Numbered from the stretch's first letter, positions 27,132-36,641 are shown. The stretch is DNA of 64,000 nt from Candidatus Sulfopaludibacter sp. SbA3 (GCA_945903265.1 CAMDNQ010000007.1:26111-90110), one strand, 5' to 3'. Made by a program: numbers and translations. The notes: generated by a model not told the origin, from the sequence alone.

Positions 27132-28193
27132 TCAGTCCGTCGCGCGGACGGCCCAGCGCAACTTTGCGGACGAAGCGCGCCGGTTCGCGCGGTTTTCTTC
27201 CATCGTCGCCCGAATGACCTCACCCGCCACGTCGGCATACACATCCGCTCGATAGCCGGCCTGGAATGCCTTCTTCACACGCCGGTCTTCGCCGGAGTGA
27301 AACGTCAGTATGGCCACTCGACCGCCTGGCGCGAGGCACTGCGGCAGCGACCGCAGCAGCGCATCGAGCGCGGAGAATTCGTCGTTCACGGCGATGCGTA
27401 GCGCCTGGAGCGTGCGGCGGACGGACATCTTCATCTCGGGCGTCGCCAGACTCGGAAACGCCGCGGTGAGCCCGTTGCGCACCAGACGGTCGACCTCGTG
27501 CGTCGTCTCCACCGGCCCCTGCTTCAGGAGACGGGCGATGAGATCGGCGTGCGGTTCATCGGCATTCTCGTCCAGCAGGGCCGCAAGCTTGTCTTCGCTC
27601 ACTCGCGCGAGGAGTCTCGACGCCGGCTCTCCACGCGATGGATTCATCCGCATGTCGAGCTGGCCGAAGTGTTTGTAGCTGAAGCCGCGATCGGGATTGT
27701 CGAGCTGCATGGACGACACGCCCAGGTCCGCCAGGATTAGGTCAGCGGCCGCGACTCCCTCAGTGGCGAGCACCTGCGGCAAACCCGCAAAGTTCATGTG
27801 GTGGGCGACGAACGTCTCGGGGCCGAAGCCGGCCGCGCGGAGACGTGCTTCGGTGCGGGGCAACTCGAGCGGATCGACGTCGAGTCCAAGCAGGCGGCCG
27901 CCGGGTTGGACGCGCTCCAGGATCGCTCGCGCATGACCGCCGCCGCCGAGCGTGCAGTCCACCGCGACCTCGCCGGCGCTGGGCTGAAGGCAGCGCAGGA
28001 CTTCCGCCACCATGATGGGCCGATGCGTCCCCGCCGGCGTCTTGCCGGACGCGAGGATCTTCTCCACGTCCGCGTGGTACTTCTCGGGGTTGAGTTCCTT
28101 GTACCTCTCATGGAACCCACGCGGGTTTCTGCCCGGGTATCGCGGGCGCCGTGTGTGCCCCTGCGGCGAGTCAGACGGATTCTTCAGCGCCAA
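27132..28193 (-). CDS. rsmH: RsmH (MraW)-family 16S rRNA m4C1402 methyltransferase homolog with N-terminal extension
   Basis: HRPIMVAEVL, DCTLGGGGHA, DLGVSSMQLD and TFHSGEDRRVKK motifs. About 55 extra N-terminal residues if the TTG at 28193 is used; GTG 28067 is an alternative start. Confidence 0.78.
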   Translation of the reverse strand: MALKNPSDSPQGHTRRPRYPGRNPRGFHERYKELNPEKYHADVEKILASGKTPAGTHRPIMVAEVLRCLQPSAGEVAVDCTLGGGGHARAILERVQPGGRLLGLDVDPLELPRTEARLRAAGFGPETFVAHHMNFAGLPQVLATEGVAAADLILADLGVSSMQLDNPDRGFSYKHFGQLDMRMNPSRGEPASRLLARVSEDKLAALLDENADEPHADLIARLLKQGPVETTHEVDRLVRNGLTAAFPSLATPEMKMSVRRTLQALRIAVNDEFSALDALLRSLPQCLAPGGRVAILTFHSGEDRRVKKAFQAGYRADVYADVAGEVIRATMEENRANRRASSAKLRWAVRATD

Positions 28194-28206
28194 GGACTTA
28201 TAACGC

Positions 28207-28677
28207 TCACGGCTTGCGGACGATCGCCCGAGTGCGACGCTTGCGCTCGCGTGCGACGACCGGCCGGATCGGCAATTCCTCCCCCACCATCAGCAGCGGC
28301 TGCGACGGATCTTCGAGGTTGAAGACCCGCCCGTCTTCCGTACGCGCGTACAGCTGATCCCCGCCAATGAGCAGGGTCAACGGCCCGTCGTCACCGATCG
28401 CCTCATAGAGACGGACGCCAAACCGATCGCGCAGCGTGCCGAGCAGGCGGCGCAGCTGGGGGATCGAAAACCCGCGCCGTCGTAAATCGGCGAGCACCTG
28501 CAACTCGAGCACGTCCAGAGGCGTATAACGACGCTCCGTGAAGCCGCCTGCTTCCGTCTTGTGCGTCGCCACCGCGGCCCTGAAGAGCCGGCGCGAGTCC
28601 CACCATTGCAGCTGGCGTGCGGTCAGGCCCGTCAGGCCGGCCACTTCCCGCGACGTGTAGTGCTTCTTCAGTCTCAC
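28207..28677 (-). CDS. MerR-family transcriptional regulator
   Basis: N-terminal HTH YTSREVAGLTGLTARQLQWWDSRRLF. GTG start 4 nt after the upstream stop. Confidence 0.7.
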   Translation of the reverse strand: MRLKKHYTSREVAGLTGLTARQLQWWDSRRLFRAAVATHKTEAGGFTERRYTPLDVLELQVLADLRRRGFSIPQLRRLLGTLRDRFGVRLYEAIGDDGPLTLLIGGDQLYARTEDGRVFNLEDPSQPLLMVGEELPIRPVVARERKRRTRAIVRKP

Positions 28678-28681
28678 GGGA

Positions 28682-29773
28682 TCACAGGCCGAACCGATCG
28701 GGCCGGACGAGATCCAGCCCTTCGCCGCGCGTACCGGTCAGAACGAGATCGGCTACGACCGATGCCGTCCAGGGGGCGAGCAACACACCATTGCGGTAAT
28801 GCCCGGTCGCGTAGAACACTCCGCGCATTGTGGAGGAAGGGCCGATGATCGGCAACTCGTCGACCGTCGCCGGCCGCAAGCCCGCGCGTGCTTCGACGAA
28901 CGTCGCCATTCGAAGCTTCGGAGCGAGCCGCTCACCGCTGGCGCGGAGGGACCGAACGGCCTTCTGGGTCACCCGTTCGTTGAAACCGACATCCTCGACG
29001 GTGGCGCCAACGAGGACGGTTCCGTTCGTCCACGGGACGAGGTAGCACGCGGAGCCCCAGACGACCCGCTGCAGCGCGCCCGGCGAGGCGTGGAGTTGCA
29101 CGAGTTGACCGCGGACGGGGCGGACCGGCGCTGGTGGCCCCGCCGTTGCGATGCCACCCGACCAGCTCCCCGCGGCGATGATGACGGCGTCACACGTCAC
29201 ATCACCATCGGTTGTCGTCACGGTGACCCGGCCTGCCGTGGCCGCGACCGCCTCGACGTTAGTCACGACGGGCGTCACTCCGCGTCGTGCTCCCGCGGCC
29301 ACGAGCGTGGTCATCAGGCTCGAAACGCCCACGTATCCGTGCTGCGGAACGAGCAGGCCGGCGCGGGCGTCGGACGCGACCCCGGGCTCGAGCCGCGCGA
29401 TGTCGCTGGTCGATACGAGCGAGTGGTCGACCTGTGCCCGCGCGAGCCGGCCCGCCTGCGCCTCGAGTTCCCTCACTTCATCCTGGTCGAGCGCGATCTG
29501 AAGCGTCCCGGTGCGGCGGTACTCCAGGTCGAGCCGCGCGTCGGCGGCGAGCCTGGCCAGGAAGTTGTCGTACTGGTTCAGACTGGCGATGCCGAGCTGG
29601 AGGAGCGCGTCGGAATGTCCCTCGATATAGGGCGCGAGAATCCCGGCTGACGCCCGCGTCGCGCCCTCGCCATGACCACGGGGATCGACGATGCGTACGT
29701 GCGCCCCACGCGCGGCCATTTCGTAGGCGACGGCATAGCCGATGACACCGGCGCCCACCACGACGACGTCCAC
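28682..29773 (-). CDS. glycine oxidase ThiO-like FAD-dependent oxidoreductase (DAO family)
   Basis: VVVVGAGVIGYAVAYEMAARG dinucleotide-binding motif. C-terminal GHYRNGVLLAP, typical of ThiO. No thiS/thiG neighbours. Confidence 0.7.
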   Translation of the reverse strand: MDVVVVGAGVIGYAVAYEMAARGAHVRIVDPRGHGEGATRASAGILAPYIEGHSDALLQLGIASLNQYDNFLARLAADARLDLEYRRTGTLQIALDQDEVRELEAQAGRLARAQVDHSLVSTSDIARLEPGVASDARAGLLVPQHGYVGVSSLMTTLVAAGARRGVTPVVTNVEAVAATAGRVTVTTTDGDVTCDAVIIAAGSWSGGIATAGPPAPVRPVRGQLVQLHASPGALQRVVWGSACYLVPWTNGTVLVGATVEDVGFNERVTQKAVRSLRASGERLAPKLRMATFVEARAGLRPATVDELPIIGPSSTMRGVFYATGHYRNGVLLAPWTASVVADLVLTGTRGEGLDLVRPDRFGL

Positions 29774-29814
29774 AGAGGAATTCTAGTTGGTAGTCGGTAG
29801 GCCGTAGGCCGTCG

Positions 29815-32538
29815 TTAGAAGCGGAACTGCATGCCGACTTCGACACGACGCGCCTGCGCGGCCGATGTCGCATTGCCGAAGAACGGCGACCGCAGGTTGC
29901 CGCTGAAGTTCACCAGGTTCACGCGATTGAGGATGTTGAAGCCCTGGAGATAGAACTCGACGCGGAAGCGTGAATCGTCGTTACCGCCCCCAGGTGCGCC
30001 ACCGCCGCCCGGCCCGCCGGGGCCGCCGGGGCCGCCAGGACCACCCGGACCGCCCTGGCCACCGTTGTTGATGATGACCTGGCCCGCTCCGCCCTGGCCG
30101 GCGTTTTGGGCGCCACTGCCCGGGCCACCGAAGCCGAACCCGCGGCTCAGACGCATGTTCATGTCCCACCGGGCGGCGCCGCGCTCAGAATTCCGTCCGG
30201 CGCCTGCGGGTCGATCGCTGCTGACACCGTCGAGATTGTCGTCGCGTCCCGTCGTAATCGTATATGGCGAGGCCGACTGGGCGGTGCCGCCGATGTTCGC
30301 GCGAACGTCGAAGGGCAGCATGAAGTTGAACATCGCGTTGAACCGGTGCCGCACATCCTGCGCGGCCGGTCCCCATTCCGCGTCGGGGTTGTAGCTGTCG
30401 GCCGGCAGTGACAGCGCGCCGTCTGCATGATTGCGCGTGTTCGACCAGGTGTAATTGACGTTGATGAACGATCGCTGCGCCGGCATCCGATACACGGCGT
30501 TCAGGTTGATGCGATCGGACGCGGACCGGCCGGTCGACTCGATCTGCGTGACCGTGCCGATCCCGGGCTCGGGCCGGACGCCGAAGGCATCGGGAGCATT
30601 GACGTTCCGCGAACGCAGCTGGTTCCGTCCGCGCATCAGCATGTACGACGCCTGCACGTTAATCGTGGAGGTGAGGGCTCGTTCGAGTCCGAGCGACATC
30701 TGATGAACGAACGGCATCTGCAGATCCGGAGCGGCCTGGACGCGCCCACCGCCGAGGATCGTGGCGGCGATCCCGCCTGCCGGATCCGGGTACCCGGGAT
30801 TGAGGATCAGCAGGTCGCGCTGCGCGCCGGCTTCGCCTGTCACCCGCAGCGTCTGGTCGTGGAGCGAGGACTCGTACCAGTCGTGAAAGACGCCGTAACC
30901 GCCGCGAATGGTCGTCCGGCTGCGCTGCGGAGTGTAGGTGAAGCCCACCCGCGGCATGAAATTGAACGCGTCGCCCACGTGTGACTGCAACTCCTCGCGT
31001 ACGCCGACGCTGAGCGACAGGCTGCGATTGAGCCTGAAGTCGTCCTGCCAGTAGACGCCCAGCTGGTACTGCGAGAAGGAGGTGCCGACCTGGCCGAGCC
31101 GCTGCGTGTACGTGTTTGGCGTTCCCGCCAGAAACGCCTCGAGACTGCTGAACGTGAACGTTCCCGCCGCGTTTCGGCCGTCTAGGTTCCGGTAGGCGCC
31201 GGCCTCGAGCAGCACGCCGGCGCGCATCGCATGTTTGCCGACAGTGAAATCGACGTTGTCAGTCAGTTCGAGAGTACGGGTTGATCCCTCGCTCGCGACG
31301 CCCGCGCCCCCGCTGCTGAACGCGTCGATCACGACAATGGCCGGGGCTCCCGTCATCGACGAGGAGGTGCTCTCTTCTCCGTTCCACTCGAACCTGAACT
31401 CGTTGAACGCCGAGCGGCTGAGCACACTGTGCACCGACGTCCGGACCTGGTGGTCGACCGACGACCGGCTGTACGCGCGCTCCATCAAGTTGAAATCGCC
31501 CACGCCGAGATTGCTCCGGGCATCCTCTCCGCGGCGGTACTCCAGACGCAGAGTCTGGCCGGCGCTGAATCCGTGCTCGAGTCCGACCGTCACATTGGTC
31601 GACTCGAACGGCCGCTTCACCTGATCGGCGATGCGGCCGTCCGGGCGCAGCGCCACGATCGTCGCCGAGTCGAACGAGCGATTGCCGTCGACGTTGAAGC
31701 GAAGCGACGTCTGGTTCGGCACGAGCGGGCCACGCAGCCCCGCATTGAAGCGCCGGAACTGCTCTGGCGTTTGCGCCTGCGCGAAGGCGTTGCGCGCGTT
31801 CAGCACGTCGGTGCGCAGCCCCATGTTCGCGTTGCCGCTCCACTCGGTGAGACCCGGCCTCGTGATGATCTCCACCATGACGCGGCCGGCATCGTGGTTA
31901 TCCGCGGCAAACGAGTTCGTGCGAAAGCGAATCTGCCTGATCTCATCGCGGCTCGGGAGCCGGCCGCCGCGGAAACCATCCACCTGGAACACCGCGCCCG
32001 CGCCGCCCGTCATCGCCTCGAGCTGCTGGCGGAGTTCGTCCGGGTCGTCGGACAGCTGCGCGATGTCGTCTTCCTCGAGCGTCGTCGTCAGGGCGTTCCC
32101 GCGCGTGTCGCCGGCGGCCGCGTCGCTGACGACGATCTCTTCCTGAAGCCCGGCGACGCCGAGTGTCACTGACTGGTTGTTGTTCCCACGCCGGAGCGTC
32201 ACCAGCGCGCTGTAAGGCGTGAAGCCGTCGGCTTCGACGTCGAGTCGCACCGCGCCGAGTGGGAGTGCCGGGAGCACGACCTGCCCACGTTGATCGACGG
32301 CAACCTCGATCGTCACCGACTCCGGAAGGCCGGCAGCGGCGGCGGGCTGGGGCGTCACACGCAGGCGGGCCGTAGGCAGCGACGCGCCGCTCTGATCCAT
32401 GACGGTGACGCGGAGCTGGGCGGGCTGTGCGGCTTGCGCGGCCTGCGCAGTTTGCGCCAGGGCTGCGGCAGGCGTTGCGATCACCACGGCGAGCGCGACA
32501 GCGATCGCAACAACGATGAAACGCAACGTTTTCGTCAT
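29815..32538 (-). CDS. CarboxypepD_reg-domain TonB-dependent-receptor-like outer membrane barrel
   Basis: Signal peptide MTKTLRFIVVAIAVALAVVIATPAALAQ, an Ig-like LRVTVMDQSGASLP domain and a long beta-rich body. The C-terminus is VEVGMQFRF, ending in an aromatic residue. The start is set at ATG 32538, not the 33147 given in the track. Confidence 0.75.
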   Translation of the reverse strand: MTKTLRFIVVAIAVALAVVIATPAAALAQTAQAAQAAQPAQLRVTVMDQSGASLPTARLRVTPQPAAAAGLPESVTIEVAVDQRGQVVLPALPLGAVRLDVEADGFTPYSALVTLRRGNNNQSVTLGVAGLQEEIVVSDAAAGDTRGNALTTTLEEDDIAQLSDDPDELRQQLEAMTGGAGAVFQVDGFRGGRLPSRDEIRQIRFRTNSFAADNHDAGRVMVEIITRPGLTEWSGNANMGLRTDVLNARNAFAQAQTPEQFRRFNAGLRGPLVPNQTSLRFNVDGNRSFDSATIVALRPDGRIADQVKRPFESTNVTVGLEHGFSAGQTLRLEYRRGEDARSNLGVGDFNLMERAYSRSSVDHQVRTSVHSVLSRSAFNEFRFEWNGEESTSSSMTGAPAIVVIDAFSSGGAGVASEGSTRTLELTDNVDFTVGKHAMRAGVLLEAGAYRNLDGRNAAGTFTFSSLEAFLAGTPNTYTQRLGQVGTSFSQYQLGVYWQDDFRLNRSLSLSVGVREELQSHVGDAFNFMPRVGFTYTPQRSRTTIRGGYGVFHDWYESSLHDQTLRVTGEAGAQRDLLILNPGYPDPAGGIAATILGGGRVQAAPDLQMPFVHQMSLGLERALTSTINVQASYMLMRGRNQLRSRNVNAPDAFGVRPEPGIGTVTQIESTGRSASDRINLNAVYRMPAQRSFINVNYTWSNTRNHADGALSLPADSYNPDAEWGPAAQDVRHRFNAMFNFMLPFDVRANIGGTAQSASPYTITTGRDDNLDGVSSDRPAGAGRNSERGAARWDMNMRLSRGFGFGGPGSGAQNAGQGGAGQVIINNGGQGGPGGPGGPGGPGGPGGGGAPGGGNDDSRFRVEFYLQGFNILNRVNLVNFSGNLRSPFFGNATSAAQARRVEVGMQFRF
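30010..30063 (-). repeat. 9-nt periodic GC tract (about 6 units) encoding a (G-G-P)n low-complexity insert
   Basis: Plus-strand units are ggcccgccg gggccgccg gggccgcca ggaccaccc ggaccgccc tggccaccg. They translate on the minus strand to GGQGGPGGPGGPGGPGGPGG inside the barrel gene. Confidence 0.7.
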
Positions 32539-33467
32539 TTCGTAAACACGTCCGCCCGGAACGCCGGGTTCACGCGGTAGCTGTCGATCGTCCACTCTTC
32601 GATCGTCATGTCGTTCGCGCCGCGTGTGATGAGGTGCGGCAGCTGCACACCGTTGACGGCCTTGTACTCCGCAAGCGTGAGCCGCAGCGTCGCCGGGGGC
32701 CCGCCCGGCCCCCGCCCGCCAGCGGGCGCATCGCCGCGTCCTTCTCCGCGACCTTCTCCACGACCGCCGCGTCTTCCGGCGATCAGCATCTGCGGCACGG
32801 CGCCCTGCCAGGTAATCATCAGCGGCATGTGCGACGACGCGTCGAGAAACAACCGCATGACGGGACCGACCGCAGGGGTGATTTCCAGCACGTCTGCCTT
32901 TCCGTCGGGTGCTTCCGCAATGCCGATCCACGCCACCTGCCCCTCTGTCGTCAGCAGCCAGATGAGCGCGAAACGAGCGAGTTCGGTCTGACGCGCGCGG
33001 CGCTGGGCGTCTTCGATCTGCGCCGGATCGAGCTGCGCGCGGCCGGCGGGTTGCGCATCGCCACCGCGAGCGCCACCGGCTCCTCCCCGGCCTCCGCCCC
33101 CGAAGCCGCCCATGAACATCCGCCCGCCGCCGCTGTTCTCGTCCCACACCGTACTGCCGTTCAGCACCTCGGTCCGCACGATGGCTGGACCGCCCCCGGG
33201 TGGGCTCAGGTCTTCGTCCCGTCGAAGCTTGTCAGGGAACGCGACGCGCACCTGGAGCTCTCCCTCGATCGTCGTCTGGCCGGCGAGGCGCTTGAAATCG
33301 CCACGGACGTCCAGCGTCTTGACGGCACGAAGGCGCTCGTCGCCCCCGAGCACCCGGCGGGCTTCCGCCAGCAGCGCAGCGCCCTTTTCGGGATCTTTCG
33401 TCTGACCTTCGATCCCTGGGGCCATCAAAAGGGCGATCAGGAGGGCGATCACGGGCGTCCGTTGCAT
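32535..33467 (-). CDS. secreted hypothetical protein with RGG/RGE-rich tracts
   Basis: Signal peptide MQRTPVIALLIALLMAPGIEGQ. Low-complexity tracts GGFGGGGRGGAGGARGG and GRRGGRGEGRGEGRGD. ATGA overlap with the downstream barrel gene. No family recognised. Confidence 0.5.
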   Translation of the reverse strand: MQRTPVIALLIALLMAPGIEGQTKDPEKGAALLAEARRVLGGDERLRAVKTLDVRGDFKRLAGQTTIEGELQVRVAFPDKLRRDEDLSPPGGGPAIVRTEVLNGSTVWDENSGGGRMFMGGFGGGGRGGAGGARGGDAQPAGRAQLDPAQIEDAQRRARQTELARFALIWLLTTEGQVAWIGIAEAPDGKADVLEITPAVGPVMRLFLDASSHMPLMITWQGAVPQMLIAGRRGGRGEGRGEGRGDAPAGGRGPGGPPATLRLTLAEYKAVNGVQLPHLITRGANDMTIEEWTIDSYRVNPAFRADVFTK

Positions 33468-33595
33468 GTCACTACCTATTACGACCGGACGGCTCATTTG
33501 GTTGCCATTGTGGCAGGCTCCCGGGCCGTCCCCGGATGAAAAAACTGTGAACGGCTCCTCGACCCGCACCAAAAGCTCAGCCGCCGTGAGGGATC

Positions 33596-34204
33596 ATGAT
33601 TCGTATGAATCGTCCGGCGCTCGTGCGTGTCTGCGTCTTCTGCGGATCGTCTCCCGGCCATCGCCCGGATTACCGCGACGCGGCCACGGCGCTCGCGCAG
33701 GAAATGGCCGCCCGGAACATCGCCCTGGTCTTCGGGGGTGGGCGCGTCGGGCTCATGGGACACCTCGCTGACGCCGTGCTCGCTGCCGGCGGCCACGCGA
33801 TCGGGGTCATCCCGCATTTCATGATCGAGCGCGAGCTCGCCCACCAGGGTCTGCCGGATCTGCGCGTCGTGCAGTCCATGCACGAACGGAAGGCGCTCAT
33901 GGCATCGCTGTCGGATGCCTTCATCGCGATGCCTGGCGGCTTCGGCACGTTCGAGGAACTGTGCGAGGCCATTACCTGGACGCAGCTGGGTCTTCACAGA
34001 AAGCGCTGCGGCCTGCTGAACGTCCGCGGCTTCTACGCGCCGTTGCTGACGCTCTTCGATCGCGCGGTCGAAGAAGGGTTCGTACGCGACGACACGCGCG
34101 AGATTCTCGTGGCCAGCGAGGATCCGGGATCTCTCCTCGACATCCTCTCTCTGCCGCTCAGTGCGCCGGAGCCTCGCTGGATCCGCTCCACCGAGCAAAC
34201 CTGA
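33596..34204 (+). CDS. LOG-family nucleotide 5'-monophosphate nucleosidase (TIGR00730)
   Basis: VFGGGRVGLMG and PGGFGTFEEL (PGGxGTxxE) motifs. Confidence 0.85.
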   Translation: MIRMNRPALVRVCVFCGSSPGHRPDYRDAATALAQEMAARNIALVFGGGRVGLMGHLADAVLAAGGHAIGVIPHFMIERELAHQGLPDLRVVQSMHERKALMASLSDAFIAMPGGFGTFEELCEAITWTQLGLHRKRCGLLNVRGFYAPLLTLFDRAVEEGFVRDDTREILVASEDPGSLLDILSLPLSAPEPRWIRSTEQT

Positions 34205-34342
34205 GACTGCGAGCAGAGCTGAGCGGCGTGCGCGTCCGCGAAAGTGGGCGGCGACGCGAGGCAGCGCAAATTCAGGCGTGATTCTTCACGTTTTCCCGGG
34301 CACAGGCCTTGCTGAATCACCGCGCGAAGGAGTTTTCATCCC

Positions 34343-35254
34343 ATGGATATCAGTACCGCTGCTGTCGGTGCGATCGCCGCGCTGTGCGTCACCGCCGGTG
34401 GAGCCGGTGTGTATGTCGCGACCGGCGGTGGCACTCACACACCGTCGACGCCGATCGAAACCGTCGTCACCGCCGCAACGCCAGGAGCGGATTTCGGCGC
34501 ACGCACCGTGCAGACGTTCGTCCCGGCATCCGCGGCTGTCGCCGCGCCGGCTCCGCGTGTCGCGCGCCGCGCGGCCGCACGCCCGGCCGCCATCGCGCGC
34601 GAGTCGCGCATCGAGCCGTCGCGCAATTGGGATGCGACCCCGGTCGTCGAGCCCTTCGTCGAGCCATTCGCCGACACCGCGACCGCACCCGTCCAGCAGA
34701 GGGAGACCTCACAGCCACAGCGGCCAACATTCCTCGAGCTCACCGTGCCTGCCGATGCGGTGCTCGGGCTGCAGCTCGAAACCGCGCTGACAAGCGAGAC
34801 GGCCGAGATCGAAGATGAAGTCGTGGCGCGAGTCACCCGCGACGTGCGTGTCGGCGATCGTGTGGTCATTCCATCCGGCGCGCAGGCGGTCGGGCAGGTC
34901 ACGCTCGTCGAGCAGGGCGGGCGGCTCCGTGAGCGCGCACGGCTCGGCATCCGCTTCACGTCGGCGGTGCTCGCAGACGGCACACGCATTCCCCTCCTGA
35001 CCGACACCATCGTCCGCGAAGGCAGCAGCCCCGGCGGCGAGAGTGCGGCCAAGATTGGCGGCGGCGCCATTGGCGGCGCGATCATCGGCGGAATCATCGG
35101 GGGCGCGCGCGGCGCGGTGATTGGCGGATCGGTCGGCGCCGGCGCCGGGACAGCCGCCGTGATGGTGGGTGGCCGCAATGCGGCCACATTCCCCTCCGGG
35201 ACGCCCGTATCCGCCCGCCTGGTCGAACCGACGACGGTCACGATTGATTACTGA
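34343..35254 (+). CDS. hypothetical membrane-anchored protein with C-terminal glycine-zipper segment
   Basis: N-terminal TM segment AAVGAIAALCVTAGGAGVYVA. Glycine zipper GGGAIGGAIIGGIIGGARGAVIGGSVGAGAG. AAGGAG Shine-Dalgarno upstream. Confidence 0.5.
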   Translation: MDISTAAVGAIAALCVTAGGAGVYVATGGGTHTPSTPIETVVTAATPGADFGARTVQTFVPASAAVAAPAPRVARRAAARPAAIARESRIEPSRNWDATPVVEPFVEPFADTATAPVQQRETSQPQRPTFLELTVPADAVLGLQLETALTSETAEIEDEVVARVTRDVRVGDRVVIPSGAQAVGQVTLVEQGGRLRERARLGIRFTSAVLADGTRIPLLTDTIVREGSSPGGESAAKIGGGAIGGAIIGGIIGGARGAVIGGSVGAGAGTAAVMVGGRNAATFPSGTPVSARLVEPTTVTIDY

Positions 35255-35315
35255 CGCCGGCGGACGCGTGCGCTCTACAGCGCGGGTGTAAGATCGCCGC
35301 CAAGGAGTCACCTCT

Positions 35316-35843
35316 ATGACGATGCGTATTGCACTCGCTGTTCTATTCGCCACGTTGATTGCTCTGCCGGCGGCGGCTCAGGTGGAGAAAAAAGAAGTGG
35401 CCGGGATCCGGAACTACTCGCGCGTTGACGCGACCGTCGGCTGCGGCGGCGCTGTGGACCCTGCCGCAATGGCGTCTCTCAAGAAGGAAGGGTTCGTGTC
35501 AGTCATCAATCTGCGCCTGCCGACCGAAGAGGGTGCCAATGTGGACGCCGGCCGTGCCGCGGCGCAAACAGCCGGGCTCAAGTACATCCATTTGCCGTTC
35601 AACGTGGCCGCGCCTGATTCCAAAGTCGTGGACAGCTTTCTGGCCACCGTCGCCGACAAGAGCAATCAGCCGGTCTTTATCCACTGCGGCTCGGCGAGCC
35701 GTGTCGGCGGGATGTGGATGATCAAGCGAGTGCTGCAGGACAAGTGGATGCTCGACCGTGCGATGACCGAAGCGAAGGCCATCGGCCTCAATAACGCCCA
35801 GCTCGAAGCGTTCGCGGTTCAGTACATAAAAAGCCATCAATAA
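35316..35843 (+). CDS. secreted DUF442/DSP-like protein tyrosine phosphatase family protein
   Basis: Signal peptide. CX5R P-loop HCGSASRVG. Confidence 0.62.
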   Translation: MTMRIALAVLFATLIALPAAAQVEKKEVAGIRNYSRVDATVGCGGAVDPAAMASLKKEGFVSVINLRLPTEEGANVDAGRAAAQTAGLKYIHLPFNVAAPDSKVVDSFLATVADKSNQPVFIHCGSASRVGGMWMIKRVLQDKWMLDRAMTEAKAIGLNNAQLEAFAVQYIKSHQ

Positions 35844-35857
35844 AGCGATGTAACAGC

Positions 35858-35882
35858 TTTAGTTTCAGCCGTTTAGTTCAGC
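35858..35882 (+). repeat. tandem direct repeat TTTAGTT(T)CAGC x2 upstream of the OMP gene
   Basis: tttagtttcagc at 35858-35869 and tttagttcagc at 35872-35882, in an AT-rich intergenic region. Possible promoter or operator. Confidence 0.4.
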
Positions 35883-35928
35883 TACTCGGGTATGTCGCTT
35901 GCACCAGCGAATACCGGAGGAACTGAAC

Positions 35929-36507
35929 ATGAAGAAATGGCTACTCATTGCGGCGCTGGCAGTGGTGCTTGCGCCCGCAACGGCCAGTGCGGACTGGCTC
36001 TTCACGCCGAACATCGGCACCGGCTTCGGCGGCGCAGCGTCGGGCCGTCAGCACATGACCTGGGGCGCGTCACTCGGCTGGATGGGCGAAGGTATTTTCG
36101 GCTGGGAGGCCGACCTCGCGTACACGCCCGAGTTCTTCGAGAGCGATGACGACGACCTCGATGCGTTCGACAGCAGCAACGCCACGTCGTTCATGGGGAA
36201 CGTCATCATCGGCGTGCCTGTTGGGGGCCAGCTCGGACCCGGATTCCGTCCGTACGTCTCTGGCGGCGCCGGCCTGCTGCAGACCAACGTGGCCAGCGAC
36301 GACGACCTGTTTGAAGTGACGAACGATGAATTCGGCGTCAACGTCGGCGCGGGTGCCATGGGCTTTGCGACGGACCATGTCGGGTTCCGCGGCGACGTGC
36401 GGTACTACCGTGCGCTGACCGACCCCGAGTCGGACAACGAGTTCGACATCGACTTCGGCAGCTTCGACTTCTGGCGCGCGACGGCCGGCATCACGTTCCG
36501 CTGGTAA
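35929..36507 (+). CDS. small outer membrane beta-barrel protein (OmpA-like/OmpW-like porin family)
   Basis: Signal peptide MKKWLLIAALAVVLAPATASA. Alternating amphipathic strands. C-terminal GITFRW. GGAGGA Shine-Dalgarno. Confidence 0.62.
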   Translation: MKKWLLIAALAVVLAPATASADWLFTPNIGTGFGGAASGRQHMTWGASLGWMGEGIFGWEADLAYTPEFFESDDDDLDAFDSSNATSFMGNVIIGVPVGGQLGPGFRPYVSGGAGLLQTNVASDDDLFEVTNDEFGVNVGAGAMGFATDHVGFRGDVRYYRALTDPESDNEFDIDFGSFDFWRATAGITFRW

Positions 36508-36522
36508 GAACCGCGTTCGAAA

Positions 36523-36566
36523 GTGCGATGATGCGACGGTGCAACGCGGCACCGCGCACATCGCAC
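36523..36566 (+). other. long near-perfect RNA hairpin (about 17 bp) in the OMP 3' region / metK 5' region
   Basis: GTGCGATG-a-TGCG-ac-GGTGC [aacgcg] GCACC-g-CGCA-CATCGCAC. Complementarity checked by hand. Confidence 0.6.
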
Positions 36567-36614
36567 CTCCCGCCCCCCTTAACCCTCAGATTCTGGTAGT
36601 ATTTACGGTCGGTA

Positions 36615-36641
36615 GCCCGTGCACGTCGACGGGCTTTTTTT
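36615..36641 (+). terminator. intrinsic terminator 47 nt upstream of the metK start codon
   Basis: GCCCGT-gcacgtcg-ACGGGC stem-loop followed by T7 (36635-36641). Confidence 0.7.

Noticed and set aside
32539-33147. 203-codon N-terminal extension of the barrel ORF in the track (start 33147)
   Set aside because: The extension is Arg-rich and overlaps the upstream secreted-protein gene in another frame. A clean signal peptide begins at ATG 32538, which forms an ATGA overlap with the upstream stop.
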